Origin: a virus
Taxonomy: Duplodnaviria; Caudoviricetes
IMG/VR virus record: IMGVR_UViG_3300020045_004347
Location: 1-44,788 of that record
Length of the DNA stretch: 44,788 nucleotides
Direction: 5' to 3' (one strand)
Shown here: piece after piece, positions 43,913-44,788 of the stretch
How positions within the stretch are numbered: the stretch's first letter is position 1
How the letters are laid out: the number at the start of each line of letters is the position of its first letter
Translations under genes and position numbers: made by a program
Notes under the pieces: generated by a model
The model's input: the letters and a program-made list of their open reading frames with translations, nothing else
What the model was told of the DNA's origin: nothing
Databases searched by the model: none

Positions 43913-44788
43913 CTAAGCGAAGTACCCAACTAACCCGCCGATGGCCGCGCCTACAGCCGCACCTGGAGCTTGTCCGATCATAAAACCTATACCAGCGCCA
44001 GCCGCAGCACCTCCGACTAAGCCTGTCATTCTGCTTCCTTGAGAATCACCTGTGTGCACCGCACTACCTGCGATAGAGCCTAGGAAGTTACCACCAAACT
44101 GAAACACCTTCACGTCCCACAGCTTATCTTTCTGCCGTGTATCCAAGAGGAAATCATCCCCCTGCACCCTCGCAGTTACATAGGCTTTACTGAACTCAAG
44201 CGATGTAAGCGCGATGGTCTTTTTAATCTCGAATACGGCTAACGTAGTTCGTAGCGCATTATCATCTACACGTATAGTGAGGTCAGCCTGAAGCTTCTCA
44301 GCTTCCCACCTGATAATAGCGTCATTCTTAGCCAGCGCCTTCACCTTCTGCTGCCGGAGGTTAGCCTCTCCGATAATAAACGCCGAAGACATAACTGCGT
44401 TGATATCCCTCAGGCCGGCCTTGAACGCAGGGAGGGTTACGCTAGTTAGTTCATCTTCAAGCAGCGCACTCTCTGCAACCATAATAGCGGCTATGCGTGT
44501 TTCCTTAGCTGCTACATAGGTTGCTAGTAGTGAGTTACCTTTGTAAGTAGTGAGAAGCGTATCAAAGTTGAGGTCTCCAAATGTAGTTAGATAAGTGAAC
44601 GGCGCCGCGTAACTGGTTATGCTCGCCGTCGCCCCAAGCATAGCATCATCGATATCAACCGTAACAAACCCCGCGTAAGGACTAGCGCCTTCCAGTGCGT
44701 AGTTCATAGCGTCTGTAAGTGACACACCAAGCGTATCCCCTCCATTCGAGTCTATCGCCGTACCGTGCCATGTTTTCATGTACGCAGG
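43913..44788 (-). CDS. DNA-ejection protein, 3' part (starts at 163 across the join)
   Basis: C-terminal glycine zipper GGAAAGAGIG..GAAVGAAIGGLVG. Confidence 0.75.
   Translation of the reverse strand, partial: PAYMKTWHGTAIDSNGGDTLGVSLTDAMNYALEGASPYAGFVTVDIDDAMLGATASITSYAAPFTYLTTFGDLNFDTLLTTYKGNSLLATYVAAKETRIAAIMVAESALLEDELTSVTLPAFKAGLRDINAVMSSAFIIGEANLRQQKVKALAKNDAIIRWEAEKLQADLTIRVDDNALRTTLAVFEIKKTIALTSLEFSKAYVTARVQGDDFLLDTRQKDKLWDVKVFQFGGNFLGSIAGSAVHTGDSQGSRMTGLVGGAAAGAGIGFMIGQAPGAAVGAAIGGLVGYFA
44668..44788. repeat. Terminal direct repeat, copy 2
   Basis: Identical to 1-121. Confidence 0.95.

Noticed and set aside
1-44788. Stop-codon reassignment, diversity-generating retroelement or lysogeny module
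   Set aside because: Core genes are intact in the standard code. No reverse transcriptase, template/variable repeat pair, integrase or CI-like repressor was seen.

Overview
The window is an apparently complete, circularly assembled ~44.7 kb tailed-phage genome of podovirus type. Bases 1-121 repeat exactly at 44668-44788, and one gene runs across the join. There are two divergent arms. The minus-strand arm (16963 to 1, continuing 44788 to 37418) encodes the terminases, lysis genes, portal, scaffold, major capsid, tail/fibre proteins (including an SGNH-esterase spike) and DNA-ejection proteins. The plus-strand arm (17538-37373) encodes many small early proteins, a Cas4-like nuclease/Sak4-like ATPase/SSB module, a ParB-methyltransferase fusion, dCMP deaminase, a UDG-fused His762 family A polymerase, a DUF3987 ATPase, an HNH nuclease, a stand-alone TSCPD domain and a dNTP pyrophosphohydrolase. 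I found no integrase, RNA polymerase or primase. The most unusual signals are non-coding. (1) The first three early genes are each bracketed by their own 27-31 nt inverted repeat; two of the three are G-U-rich. They follow a sigma54-like promoter, a hairpin and a boxA-like motif, an rRNA-operon-like layout. (2) Two tandem ~100 nt cloverleaf-like ncRNA candidates are co-transcribed with a paralog of one of those genes. (3) A 15 bp semi-palindromic operator-like motif occurs about 9 times. (4) A ~310 bp imperfect palindrome around a T-tract is a candidate origin. All protein calls come from motif recognition by eye, not database searches.
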